From an uncultured Candidatus Bathyarchaeia archaeon (GTDB lineage Archaea > Thermoproteota > Bathyarchaeia > Bathyarchaeales > DTEX01): DNA of 33,093 nt. Of this stretch, positions 1 through 9,448 are shown in pieces; within the stretch, counting starts at the first letter, position 1, and the number at the start of each line of letters is the position of its first letter. The notes below the pieces were generated by a model. That model worked only from the letters and a program-made list of their open reading frames with translations. It was not told the origin of the DNA and searched no databases. The stretch spans positions 1 through 33,093 of the forward strand of contig CAYSEL010000010.1 of NCBI GenBank assembly GCA_964430035.1. Reading direction: 5' to 3'. A program made the translations under genes and the position numbers.

Positions 1-2511
1 ATCTAGGAGTCTAGCCTTTGCAGACTCTATGAGTATGCGCCCCATTTTTTCCGGCGGGATAAGGTCAGTCTTCATGCTAACTCTTTCAATACCGACAGAC
101 GCGACCGGTGTAGGACCGTCAATTGTCTCAACTTTGACTACTTTGATTTCCCCATTACTGAGCCTGTCGAAAACCTCAATCAATCTTTTTAGGTCAAGAT
201 CTTTAGTGAAGACTTCTTTAAGTGCTTCCTCATAAATGATCGTCCCTTCAAAACTTTTTATCAAGCTACGCAGGCTAACACTGCTTAAGTCAACATGCTT
301 CTTTACCGCACCAAACCTTCTTGCAACATGGATCATCCGCCTCTTGAATATTCCAGTTTTGACCGACGCTTGCGTCAATTTTTCTTCAATATACTCAGAC
401 GGTGCTTTCTTCAGATCTTCAAGTATCTCCGCGACAGTGTCTGCTTTCACTTCACCCATCGTCTGGATAAAGATCCTATATGGGTCATGCTGAACAATGA
501 CTGAATGTCCTGTCTGCTCAGTTATCATGTGGCCCAAGAGTTGAGCTAAAGCCCTGTTTGTTAATGAACCAAAGTTACACTGTAATATGACGAAGTCCTC
601 CCACTCTTCAAGCGTTATGCGCCTGTTAGTTGGAACGGGAATGCCTTTCTCAACACTTCTCAAGGTCTCTGAGATGGCTGCGAGGATCGTATCCTCGTCG
701 GACGGATATTTTTTGGCTAGTTCATGGGCGATCTCTTTTGGGCTTAAGCCCCTCTTTGCGAGCTCTTCAACGAGCGCACGGATTGATCCGACTTCTTGGG
801 CAACTTCGAAGGGTACTGGAATCTCTTCTCCAACCCAGCTTGGTATGGAACCAGTAGGATCATCAACAGATTTAACGTAGATCTTATCACCTAAAATATT
901 CAGGATCCTCCATGGGCTTCCACGAATTATGAACTTGACACCCGGCTTCCCATACTCGGCTACAAAAGCTTCATCAAGCAGTCCAATAGCCGTCTCAGTC
1001 TCTCGGTCTATGACAAGATAATGCTTCTCATCTGGGATCATAGAGAGATTCTCGAAGAAGTACTCGAAGAGAGGCTTGCTTCTACGAGGCTTGAGAACAA
1101 GCATGTCTTCTTCCGATATCCAAGCAAGCCTTGGGAACCGGCTGTGCATATATTCTAAGACTCGGCGAATATCTTCCAAGGTGAGGTTGCGGTACGGATA
1201 AGCATTCTTGAACATCTCTAAGAACTCATTAAAATGGAGCCTTCTCCTTTTCATCAAGATTCCAGCAATCTGGTGCGCTAATGTGTCGTAAGGCTTATCT
1301 GGTATATCGACAGGCTCCAACTCTTCATTGTACGCTCTCCTACCTATCACAAGTGCTTCTAATGTGTCATCTGAGTCCATTGTTATGATTATGCCCTTTG
1401 CGACGCGCCCTATCCTGTGCCCGCTTCTTCCTACACGTTGTATTAGGCGCGTAACCTGCCTAGGGCTCATATATTGGATGACAAGGTCGATTCTGCCGAC
1501 ATCTATTCCTAGTTCTAAAGAACTTGTACATATAAGCCCTTGAAGATCACCTTCTTTCAGACCCCTTTCAGCCGCGACTCTCGAAGGTTTAGCTAGGGAT
1601 CCATGATGGATTGAGACTGGAAAGTTTATATCCCACACTTTGAACCTGCTGGCTAAAACCTCTGATATGGTTCTAGTATTCGTAAAGAGAAGAACTGAGT
1701 TATGCTCCTCGATCAGTCTACGGATAACCCTAAGCCTAGCCGCAACCTCAGGATGTGTAAATAGGGCTGAAGCTAATGAGTAATCTTCAGGTTCAGGCTT
1801 GGGATAGAGGATCTGGAGCTTCATTAACCTAGATACAGGCACACTTACAATATCGACTGGACGATTATTCCCAACTAGGAACCGCGCAACCTTCTCCGGA
1901 GTTCCAATAGTCGCCGACAAACCGATTATCTGGAAATCTTTACCCGTAATCTCGCGAAGCCTCTCAAGAGCAATAGCCAGTTGGCTTCCACGTTTATTGT
2001 CAGCCAACTCGTGAACTTCGTCTACAATCACCCACCTGACTGTCTTAAGGTGGCGGCTCATTATCCAGCCGAAAAGGATGGCTTGGAGCGTCTCAGGAGT
2101 AGTTATCAGAATGTCCGGGGGGCTTCTTGCCTGACGTGACCTTTCACTTGTCTCGGTGTCGCCGTGTCTAACCGCCAATTTTATGTCGAGATTGTTACAC
2201 CACCACTCAAACCTCTCAAGCATGTCGCGGTTTAAAGCCCTTAATGGCGTGATGTAAAGAACCTTTACACCCGGCTCTGACCTTGGGTTTTGAATAAGCA
2301 TGCTGAAAATGGGAAGCATCGCCGCCTCAGTCTTTCCAGTCGCAGTAGGCGAGATTAGCAAGACATTCTTTCCCTCGAGAATTTTTGGAATAACCTTCTG
2401 TTGGGGCTCTGTTGGAAATTCGAAACCTTTCTCCTCTAGCAACCTGCGAACAGGACGGGTAAGAGTCTCAAAAACATTTTCCCGCGTACTTTGAGTGTCT
2501 TGAAAAGGCAT
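1..2511 (-). CDS. Lhr-type DEVH-box superfamily-2 helicase. The N-terminus is in the window and the C-terminus runs off the left edge.
   Basis: This ORF is absent from the supplied ORF track because it is open to the window edge. My minus-strand translation from ATG (2511..2509) stays open for 837 codons down to position 1. It contains SPTATGKTEAA (motif I/Walker A), VIVDEVHEL (motif II, DEVH), LSATIG (motif III) and QRVGRSGH (motif VI). The long C-terminal extension is typical of Lhr-like helicases. Confidence 0.88.
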   Translation of the reverse strand, partial: MPFQDTQSTRENVFETLTRPVRRLLEEKGFEFPTEPQQKVIPKILEGKNVLLISPTATGKTEAAMLPIFSMLIQNPRSEPGVKVLYITPLRALNRDMLERFEWWCNNLDIKLAVRHGDTETSERSRQARSPPDILITTPETLQAILFGWIMSRHLKTVRWVIVDEVHELADNKRGSQLAIALERLREITGKDFQIIGLSATIGTPEKVARFLVGNNRPVDIVSVPVSRLMKLQILYPKPEPEDYSLASALFTHPEVAARLRVIRRLIEEHNSVLLFTNTRTISEVLASRFKVWDINFPVSIHHGSLAKPSRVAAERGLKEGDLQGLICTSSLELGIDVGRIDLVIQYMSPRQVTRLIQRVGRSGHRIGRVAKGIIITMDSDDTLEALVIGRRAYNEELEPVDIPDKPYDTLAHQIAGILMKRRRLHFNEFLEMFKNAYPYRNLTLEDIRRVLEYMHSRFPRLAWISEEDMLVLKPRRSKPLFEYFFENLSMIPDEKHYLVIDRETETAIGLLDEAFVAEYGKPGVKFIIRGSPWRILNILGDKIYVKSVDDPTGSIPSWVGEEIPVPFEVAQEVGSIRALVEELAKRGLSPKEIAHELAKKYPSDEDTILAAISETLRSVEKGIPVPTNRRITLEEWEDFVILQCNFGSLTNRALAQLLGHMITEQTGHSVIVQHDPYRIFIQTMGEVKADTVAEILEDLKKAPSEYIEEKLTQASVKTGIFKRRMIHVARRFGAVKKHVDLSSVSLRSLIKSFEGTIIYEEALKEVFTKDLDLKRLIEVFDRLSNGEIKVVKVETIDGPTPVASVGIERVSMKTDLIPPEKMGRILIESAKARLLD

Positions 2512-2584
2512 TTCCAAGCGAACCTCAACTAAGAGATAGAAACAAGATGTCTGCTAAAAGCGTTTTGTAGATTCCTAGTTAATA

Positions 2585-2601
2585 GACCATCCCGGATGGT
2601 C
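2585..2601. promoter_or_regulatory. Perfect 17-bp palindrome GACCATCC-c-GGATGGTC in the divergent helicase/GH4 promoter region; candidate operator.
   Basis: The 8-bp arms are exact reverse complements. The palindrome lies just upstream of an AT-rich TATA-like stretch (AAAAGTTTTAAAGG, about 2608-2621) and about 50 nt upstream of the GH4 ATG. Confidence 0.35.
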
Positions 2602-2642
2602 GGCATAAAAGTTTTAAAGGTTCACATTAATTCATTAAGCAA

Positions 2643-3935
2643 GTGATTCGCATGACTAAGATTACTTTCATTGGAGCTGGTAGCGTCGTCTTTGCAAGCC
2701 GTCTACTCACAGATATTCTCTATCACCCTGAGCTTAGAGGTTCCACAATCTCGCTTATGGATATAAACGCTGAGCGTCTTAAGCTAATTGATGGACTTGC
2801 CCGTTTCATGACCTCAAAATTCGCGCCGACGGCAAAAGTTGAATCGACACTAAACCGAAGGGAGGCTCTAAAAGACTCGGACTACGTGATTCTCATGATT
2901 CAAGTCGGAGGGTTAGAAGCCTTCGAAAATGACATCTATATACCTCTAAAGTACGGCGTAAACCAAGAGGTTGGGGACACTATTGGTCCAGGAGGGGTCT
3001 TCAGAGGATTAAGGACAATTCCCGTCCTCTTAGAAATATGCTATGATATGGAGGAGCTCTGCCCAGACGCGCTTCTCATAAATTACGTAAACCCGATGGC
3101 GATGAATTGCTGGGCTATGAATAAGGCGACAAAGATTAGAAATGTCGGTCTCTGCCACAGTGTGCAGGGAACAGCTATGCAGTTAGCCGGATACATAAAT
3201 GTGCCTTACGAGGATGTATCCTACTGGGTTGCAGGAATAAATCATGAGGCTTTCTTCTTGGAGTTCAACTATAAGGGGGAAGACGCTTACCCGCTTCTGT
3301 GGGAAGCCTCAAGGAAGAAGGAGATTTACGAGAAGGATAGGGTTCGTTTCGAGATGATGAAGTATCTAGGCTACTTCATAACAGAGTCAAGCCATCATCT
3401 AAGCGAGTATGTACCCTACTTTCGCACAACTGAGGAGAGAAGAAGGACATACTGCGAACCAAAATGGTTCTACCTTGAAATCTACAAAGAATCTTGGAAG
3501 CCACATTATACCCGTATAGAGAAGCAGATAAAGGGTGAAGAACCAATCAAGTTAAGTCGGTCCCACGAGTACGGAGTGGACATAATATACTCAATGGAGA
3601 CTGATAAGCCGTGTCGAATAAACGGCAACGTAGAGAATAATTGGCTCATAACAAACCTCCCAAATGGATGTTGCGTCGAGGTTCCATGCTTAGTTGACAA
3701 GAGAGGTATCCATCCGTGCAGCGTAGGTGACCTTCCGCCTCAATGCGCAGCCCTGAATAGGACAAACATAAACGTTCAAGAGCTCGCAGTCAAGGCAGCC
3801 TTAGAGAAAGATCGTGTTGCTGCTCTACAAGCGACCATGTTCGACCCGTTAACTTCGGCCATCTTGACGCCGAGAGAGATCGAGGCGATGGTTGACGAGA
3901 TGTTTAAGGCTGAGGCTCAATGGATACCCTTCTAA
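2643..3935 (+). CDS. Glycoside hydrolase family 4 (NAD+/Mn2+-dependent alpha-glucosidase/alpha-galactosidase type).
   Basis: 430-aa ORF. It has an N-terminal Rossmann motif KITFIGAGSVVF, plus INYVNPMA and GLCHSVQG, the GH4 Cys-His signature region. The ATG at 2652 (MTKITF...) is the more likely start than the GTG at 2643. Confidence 0.85.
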   Translation: MIRMTKITFIGAGSVVFASRLLTDILYHPELRGSTISLMDINAERLKLIDGLARFMTSKFAPTAKVESTLNRREALKDSDYVILMIQVGGLEAFENDIYIPLKYGVNQEVGDTIGPGGVFRGLRTIPVLLEICYDMEELCPDALLINYVNPMAMNCWAMNKATKIRNVGLCHSVQGTAMQLAGYINVPYEDVSYWVAGINHEAFFLEFNYKGEDAYPLLWEASRKKEIYEKDRVRFEMMKYLGYFITESSHHLSEYVPYFRTTEERRRTYCEPKWFYLEIYKESWKPHYTRIEKQIKGEEPIKLSRSHEYGVDIIYSMETDKPCRINGNVENNWLITNLPNGCCVEVPCLVDKRGIHPCSVGDLPPQCAALNRTNINVQELAVKAALEKDRVAALQATMFDPLTSAILTPREIEAMVDEMFKAEAQWIPF

Positions 3936-4080
3936 ATAGTTAAACATATGGAGACCGCGCTTCTAAGCCTAAAGAGATAAAGAAACGTTATGCCAGAACA
4001 AAACTTTATACGTTTGGCAGACTCTTAGTTTGGAGTGTATCTGCTCAAGATTGTTTAATCAATTATAGGCGGTTTAGCTT

Positions 4081-4584
4081 ATGTGGGATAAGGTGGCTAA
4101 ATGCTTTGAAGACTACCCTGAACGTTTAGCTGTCGCAAAAATATTGATCAAGAATGGACTAAGCGTAAGAAACAGCCGTATCTACTGCGACGAGATAATG
4201 ATTCCTGCTTTAAGGGTAGGTCGAGCTGCTAAGGTTGACAGGCGAACCGTCACTCAGACGATTAAAATGATTGAGTCCGACCCTGAACTATCCCTTATTT
4301 TTAGAGGCCTTAGGCCAGCTGGAGCTTCTCTGCGTGAGATCGCAAAGTTTCTGGGTCTAGGCGTGGTTGAAATTACGCCTGAAAACGCAAGAATTCCAGG
4401 AATCCTTGCTCGTTCGGCATTGTTAATCGCTGAGGAGAATATCAGCATAAGGCAGGCTATAGTTGATGATCCTGAACTTACCCCTGAACCTAAACTCACT
4501 CTGATTGCTGAGAGAAAGATTCCAGGGGATCTTATTCCCAAATTCTTGAAGATAAAGGGCGTTGCTAAAGTTTCAGTGTATTAA
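4081..4584 (+). CDS. Archaeal HTH + ACT-like domain protein (COG2150-type predicted regulator of amino-acid metabolism).
   Basis: 167 aa. The overall pattern MWDK..YP.R..VAK.L..NGL.V...IYC..I.I....IARA..VDRR.V..TI..IE..PEL...F, followed by a C-terminal ACT-like segment (ISIRQAIVDDPE...LTLI.E..IP), matches my recollection of this conserved archaeal family. It sits 35 nt upstream of a LysE exporter. Confidence 0.6.
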   Translation: MWDKVAKCFEDYPERLAVAKILIKNGLSVRNSRIYCDEIMIPALRVGRAAKVDRRTVTQTIKMIESDPELSLIFRGLRPAGASLREIAKFLGLGVVEITPENARIPGILARSALLIAEENISIRQAIVDDPELTPEPKLTLIAERKIPGDLIPKFLKIKGVAKVSVY

Positions 4585-4618
4585 TTGGTCTTCTAAGTAA
4601 AGAAGAGGAAAAAATAGT

Positions 4619-5245
4619 GTGCTAGATATACTAGGCATCGCGTCGCTCTCATTCATCGCCGCTCTCTCAGGAGCAGTTGTCCCTGGACCAGTCTTCGTCA
4701 TAGTCGTCTCCGAAGCTTTAAAGAAGGGCAAAAAAGCTGCTCCTTTGATAGTATTGGGTCATCTCATCATTGAAGCCTTCATAATATTAATTATCTTTTT
4801 AGGTTTAGGCGCTTTTCTCAATTCGACCCAAGTGACCACAGTTGTTAGATATATTGGCGGCTCAATACTTATCCTAATGGGGGTCTATCTGGTTAAGACA
4901 GCTAAAAACTTCAAAGCTGAAGCAATGAAACCCCAGGTTCGATTTGCATCGAAAGGCTTAGTTGCAGCTGGTTTCTTAAGCAGCGGCTCAAACCCACACT
5001 TCTTCCTATGGTGGTTGACAACTGGTGCACCCATAATGGCTCTTTCCTTAACGTCAGCTGGAGTAATCGGATTCACCGCTTTCCTGATTGGGCATGCTAC
5101 AGCGGACCTTCTATGGTTTAGCTTCATAAGTTTTTCAGTGGACAAGGGGAGAAGGCTTTTAAACGAAAGGATTGTTAAGGCGATACTATTAGGTAGTGCA
5201 ACCTTTCTATGGATCTTCAGTGCCGCTTTGATTCTTTTTTGGTGA
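4619..5245 (+). CDS. LysE/RhtB-family amino-acid exporter (membrane protein).
   Basis: 208 aa with about 6 hydrophobic helices. The N-terminal motif SGAVVPGPVFV..V and the size are typical of LysE-type translocators. GTG start preceded by GAAGAGGA. Confidence 0.75.
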   Translation: MLDILGIASLSFIAALSGAVVPGPVFVIVVSEALKKGKKAAPLIVLGHLIIEAFIILIIFLGLGAFLNSTQVTTVVRYIGGSILILMGVYLVKTAKNFKAEAMKPQVRFASKGLVAAGFLSSGSNPHFFLWWLTTGAPIMALSLTSAGVIGFTAFLIGHATADLLWFSFISFSVDKGRRLLNERIVKAILLGSATFLWIFSAALILFW

Positions 5246-5444
5246 ACCCTAATTTATAATCACCTTGTCACATCCGCATGTTCTTTAAGCGAAGCTTATC
5301 TGAAAAATTATTTCCTTCGTAGAACAGATCTCTAATTCATAATGCAATATAGAAAAGCAGGAGAACTTCAGAGATTACATTTCTAATACCAATATAGTTT
5401 ATATCAAACCCTCCGAGTAGTTAATACAAGCATGGTGGAGAGAG

Positions 5445-6896
5445 ATGAGCGTCCCGCTTGAGAGAATAGACAAATATTCTTGGCGTATCCCTACGAGTTA
5501 CAAACTGGGCATGCGCGTTCCAGGCCTAGTCCTAGCGGATGAGGAGCTTCTTCAAAAGATGCGAACCGACAGAACTTTAGAGCAATGTGCAAATGTTACA
5601 CACTTACCCGGAATATACAAATACGCATTGACCTTACCAGATGGGCATGAAGGCTACGGGTTTCCGATAGGTGGGGTCGCAGCGACAGACTATGATGAAG
5701 GCGTCATAAGCCCAGGCGGTGTAGGATACGACATCAACTGTGGCGTGAGACTTTTAACTACTAACCTCTCAGTCGAAGATATTCAACCTAAATTGAAAGA
5801 ACTTGCAAGCACAATATTCATGAATGTTCCTTCTGGACTTGGGAGTAGAAGAAAAGATCTTTCAATATCATCCCATGAACTCGACCGGATCGTTACTGAA
5901 GGTGTGCCACGTATCGTGGAGCAAGGGTTCGGGTGGCCAGAAGATATTGAACGCTGCGAGGAACGTGGATGTATGGAACTTGCTGACCCAAATAAGGTCT
6001 CAGGTGCAGCTAAAAGTCGCGGGTTGAACCAGATTGGTACATTAGGCTCAGGGAACCATTTCCTTGAGATCCAGAAGGTTGACAAGATCTACAATCCAAA
6101 GATTGCGGAGGTCTTCGGTATACATCATGAAGAACAGGTGACAGTAATGATTCACTGTGGCTCACGTGGCTATGGTCACCAAATCTGCTCTGACTACTTA
6201 CGCGTGGCGGAGAAAGCGGTTCACGACTACAAGATCATTATCCCAGACCGAGAGTTGGCATGCGCTCCTGGAAAAAGTAGGGAGGGGCAAGACTATTTTA
6301 AAGCTATGTCATGCGCCGTGAACTACGCCTTCGTGAACCGCCAGATGATCACACATTGGGTTAGGCAGAGCTTCGAACAGACTTTCAAAACTCCCGCCGA
6401 CAAGTTTGGATTAAACCTCATCTACGATGTTGCCCACAATATTGCAAAGATTGAAGAGCATGAAATCGACGGTAGACAGGTAAAGGTTTGGGTTCATAGG
6501 AAAGGTGCTACACGGGCTTTTCCGCCTGGACATTCAGCCGTTCCATCCGAGTACCGCGAGGTTGGTCAGCCAGTTCTTATTCCAGGCTCAATGGGTACAA
6601 GCTCATGGGTTCTTGTAGGCACTCCAAGGTCGATGGAGATTTCCTTTGGTTCCACAGCCCATGGAGCAGGCAGAATGCTCAGCCGTGAAGCTGCAAAGAG
6701 ACGTTTCTGGGGTAATGACGTAAAGAAGAGCCTTGAAGGACGTGGAATAGTCGTAAGGTCTGCAAGCGCAACGGTATTAGCTGAGGAAGCAGACCCCGCT
6801 TATAAGGATGTTGACCGGGTAGCCGAAGTCAGCGACGCTGTAGGAATTGCTACGCGTGTCGCAAGGCTAGTCCCGTTAGCGGTAATCAAGGGATAA
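5445..6896 (+). CDS. rtcB: RNA-splicing ligase RtcB (3'-phosphate/5'-hydroxy RNA ligase).
   Basis: 483 aa with hallmark RtcB segments GGVGYDINCGVR, GSGNHFLE, HCGSRGYGHQ, HRKGATRA, GSMGTSSW and HGAGR. The length is normal, so no intein. A TATA-like TTTATATC lies about 40 nt upstream and a GGTGGAGAG SD precedes the start. Confidence 0.97.
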   Translation: MSVPLERIDKYSWRIPTSYKLGMRVPGLVLADEELLQKMRTDRTLEQCANVTHLPGIYKYALTLPDGHEGYGFPIGGVAATDYDEGVISPGGVGYDINCGVRLLTTNLSVEDIQPKLKELASTIFMNVPSGLGSRRKDLSISSHELDRIVTEGVPRIVEQGFGWPEDIERCEERGCMELADPNKVSGAAKSRGLNQIGTLGSGNHFLEIQKVDKIYNPKIAEVFGIHHEEQVTVMIHCGSRGYGHQICSDYLRVAEKAVHDYKIIIPDRELACAPGKSREGQDYFKAMSCAVNYAFVNRQMITHWVRQSFEQTFKTPADKFGLNLIYDVAHNIAKIEEHEIDGRQVKVWVHRKGATRAFPPGHSAVPSEYREVGQPVLIPGSMGTSSWVLVGTPRSMEISFGSTAHGAGRMLSREAAKRRFWGNDVKKSLEGRGIVVRSASATVLAEEADPAYKDVDRVAEVSDAVGIATRVARLVPLAVIKG

Positions 6897-6926
6897 ACTC
6901 TAAGGTCTAACAAAACATAGTCTTGA

Positions 6927-7643
6927 TCACTTATTCTTCGATTCTGAATAAGGCGTATGCAGGACTTCGCCAACTTTCTCTGTTATCTTTGGACCTAGAC
7001 CATAGACATCTTTTGCCCAACGGTTGAGGTTTACGAGAGCATTGAACGGCGTTTCATAAACGGTTAACAAGTTTATAGATTTTTCCCTTCCGATATTCGG
7101 CAGGCTTGCTAGAAAGAAGATCTGTGCATCGGCAAGAGTCTCAGTCTTCTTTATCGGATGTACCGTTGGAACCCTCTTCTCAACAATCTGCTCTTGTCTA
7201 GCTGATGTGTATAAAAGGTCAATTGTCTCCCTATAACTTGTTGTCTGTATCAGGTTCACACCTTGCTTGGCTAAGGAGAACATTGCTCCCCAAACCGCTG
7301 AAGGATTTATTCTGCTGAACCGGTATATTATTGGAAAGTATCCTTCAATTAGGATGAAGGGTTTCTGGTAAGCCTCCTTAAGAAGAAAGAGCTGCTCAAA
7401 GAGGTAGCGGTGAGTAAGTGTATAAACGAAGTCTTGAACAGTCTTCCTTTCGAACGCACATTCATCGGAGACAATGTAGTCACCTTTCTCCAAAAACTCA
7501 ACTCTAACATCAGCTCCACGTTCCCTTAGACCCTTAATGATTTTCGACGCCCCGGACGCCTCTCTACTGTCAACTATTATCTTCGGTTGCTCTTCCTCTT
7601 TTCGCTCTTTAAGGTAAGGCATTAGAGTCTCCGAGCCAACCAT
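6927..7643 (-). CDS. xpf: Short-form XPF/ERCC4-family structure-specific endonuclease (nuclease + HhH2 domains, no helicase domain).
   Basis: 238 aa. ERCC4 core IVDSRE...GDYIVSDECAFERKTVQDF (GDYxV...ERK motif). C-terminal tandem helix-hairpin-helix LASLPNIGREKS...VYGLGPKITEKV. Confidence 0.85.
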   Translation of the reverse strand: MVGSETLMPYLKERKEEEQPKIIVDSREASGASKIIKGLRERGADVRVEFLEKGDYIVSDECAFERKTVQDFVYTLTHRYLFEQLFLLKEAYQKPFILIEGYFPIIYRFSRINPSAVWGAMFSLAKQGVNLIQTTSYRETIDLLYTSARQEQIVEKRVPTVHPIKKTETLADAQIFFLASLPNIGREKSINLLTVYETPFNALVNLNRWAKDVYGLGPKITEKVGEVLHTPYSESKNK

Positions 7644-7865
7644 TCTAGAGACCTTCCTTTCGAACTTTCTCGGTCTTTTAAGACCCAGCCTATTTTAAGA
7701 TAAGTAAACCTTAACCCGACCTGCAGAGCCTCCAAAACACATCGCAAACTTTTCTCCCTCTTAAATGTTGGTTATTCTCAGTGGAGCCTTTAAAGCCTTT
7801 TTCCTAACTTTGATTTTGATACCCCTCTTTCAAATAACAAGTTTCCTTCAGCTTGGCATATTTTT

Positions 7866-8669
7866 CTAGGAACTTTTCAGAATAACTTCATCACCAATCT
7901 TTATCTTAAAAGATTTCGCTGCGTTCCCTTGGTTGACAGCTATCTCTAGTAATCCGCTGCTTCCAATTAGGACGAGGGGTGCATGTTTAGGCGCGTCTCC
8001 GTACGTTGAACAAAAATTTAGTCTGAGTTCTTCACTTTTCAGTCTCATGATAATTGGCATTCCTTCCTTAATTCTAGCCTTATTTAGGTCTTTTAAGCCT
8101 ATATTCGTGATTACGTTGCCGAAATCGTCAATTTGGACAACCTCGCCGCGTATCTTCTCCCCATTTACAACAGTCTCCGCGAAACTTGGAGTGATCGGAT
8201 CATGCACTTCCGGACCGAAGTCTGAGGGGGAGATGCCGGATGCTAAGTAAGCGGCTGCTGGGCTGAAGATGTCGCGTCCATGAAATGTTTTTGTGATCGT
8301 TTTAAGTTGATATTTTGGGTTGGCAATCTCATAGATGCATCTTATACCGTCGTTCCTTGCCGCCGGTATTAACAACCCGTTGTCAGGTCCAACATAAAAA
8401 CCACGTTTGGTCTCAATTATTATTGGTCTGCGCTCAGTGCCTACTCCAGGATCGACTACCGCCACATGGACTGTTCCTTCTGGAAAGTATGGTGAGGCTT
8501 GGGCTAGGATGAAGGCGCCCATCCTTATGTCGAACTTCTTTATATCGTGGCTTATGTCCACTATTGTAGCTTCTTGGCAAATTGAAAGTATGACTGCCTT
8601 CATCTCTGCAACATAAGGGTCTTTGATTCCAAAGTCTGAAAGTAAGGTTATAATTCTTTTTTTATGCAT
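7866..8669 (-). CDS. SAM hydrolase / SAM-dependent halogenase-family protein (DUF62; 5'-deoxyadenosine-forming hydroxide adenosyltransferase type).
   Basis: 267 aa. ITLLSDFGIKDPYVAEMKAVI, DISHDI..FDI..GAF and VHVAVVDPGVGT.RR are characteristic of the fluorinase/chlorinase/DUF62 fold. Confidence 0.85.
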   Translation of the reverse strand: MHKKRIITLLSDFGIKDPYVAEMKAVILSICQEATIVDISHDIKKFDIRMGAFILAQASPYFPEGTVHVAVVDPGVGTERRPIIIETKRGFYVGPDNGLLIPAARNDGIRCIYEIANPKYQLKTITKTFHGRDIFSPAAAYLASGISPSDFGPEVHDPITPSFAETVVNGEKIRGEVVQIDDFGNVITNIGLKDLNKARIKEGMPIIMRLKSEELRLNFCSTYGDAPKHAPLVLIGSSGLLEIAVNQGNAAKSFKIKIGDEVILKSS

Positions 8670-8884
8670 CCCCTTGCACCGGTGAAGGGCATGAAGGAAA
8701 TCTTAAGAGTAATCTATTCACCTTGAATATAAAAGGTAGGGCTGAGAAGCTTTCTGACATATTGATTACGCGTCTAGCATGCTTATATTATTTGGGATAT
8801 CTGAAATTGAATATGAATATATAGATTTACTTCATAAGATTTTTTCGAAGATTCATCACTTTTCTTCTGGGGAAAACATTGTAA

Positions 8885-9289
8885 ATGCCCGGTTTCACAG
8901 CTAAGCTGGAGCTTCCAGAATACATTCCAAAAGAGCAGATACTGGGAAAGCATGTCTTCGACTCAGAAGTCGTGTATGTAGGGGTGGTTAGAGACTGGAC
9001 CTACTCGCCAGATGGGCAGATAAAGCTGGTCATAAACACTGAGGGCACGGATCGGAAAGACGGGGGCATATTAATTCCCTTTTCGTTCATTTCGAAAGTG
9101 GGTCAGTTCATACTGTTAAAGGTGAGTAAAAGTAAGTTCGGTGAGAATGTAAAGATAGAGGGACGGGACGCTGAGAAAGAGGAAGAATACAGCAAGATTA
9201 GACCAAGCGAAATGAAGTACTTCACAGAGATCGACGAAAAGAAACTGAATGCCATAATAAAAAGGAAAATTGAGCCACCTCAAGAGTAA
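8885..9289 (+). CDS. PRC-barrel domain protein.
   Basis: 134 aa. ILGKHVFDSEVVYVGVVRDWTYSPDGQIKLVI......GILIPFSFISKVGQFILL follows the archaeal PRC-barrel pattern (l.Gk.V.d..g..lG.V.D...d...g.i..lv....iP...i..vgd.i.l). The C-terminal tail is charged. Confidence 0.6.
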   Translation: MPGFTAKLELPEYIPKEQILGKHVFDSEVVYVGVVRDWTYSPDGQIKLVINTEGTDRKDGGILIPFSFISKVGQFILLKVSKSKFGENVKIEGRDAEKEEEYSKIRPSEMKYFTEIDEKKLNAIIKRKIEPPQE

Positions 9290-9448
9290 GTTCGGTTGAT
9301 GAAAGCACTGACTAGACTATAACCTTCTCTCAGCTTCAAGGATCCATTTTTCTACCCACAACCTTCTCGCTAACCTTATTAATATCTAAACCTTTATGAT
9401 AAGGGCCTTGACGCGAAAATATGGATCAAATGCTGTGAGGGTGAAAAG

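Noticed and set aside
29-2494. Seven short + strand ORFs in the track (29..235, 236..493, 295..504, 587..880, 630..857, 1328..1543, 2300..2494).
   Set aside because: All lie antisense to or overlapping the long, motif-rich minus-strand Lhr-type helicase ORF. Their Ser/Leu/Arg-rich composition is typical of antisense frames.
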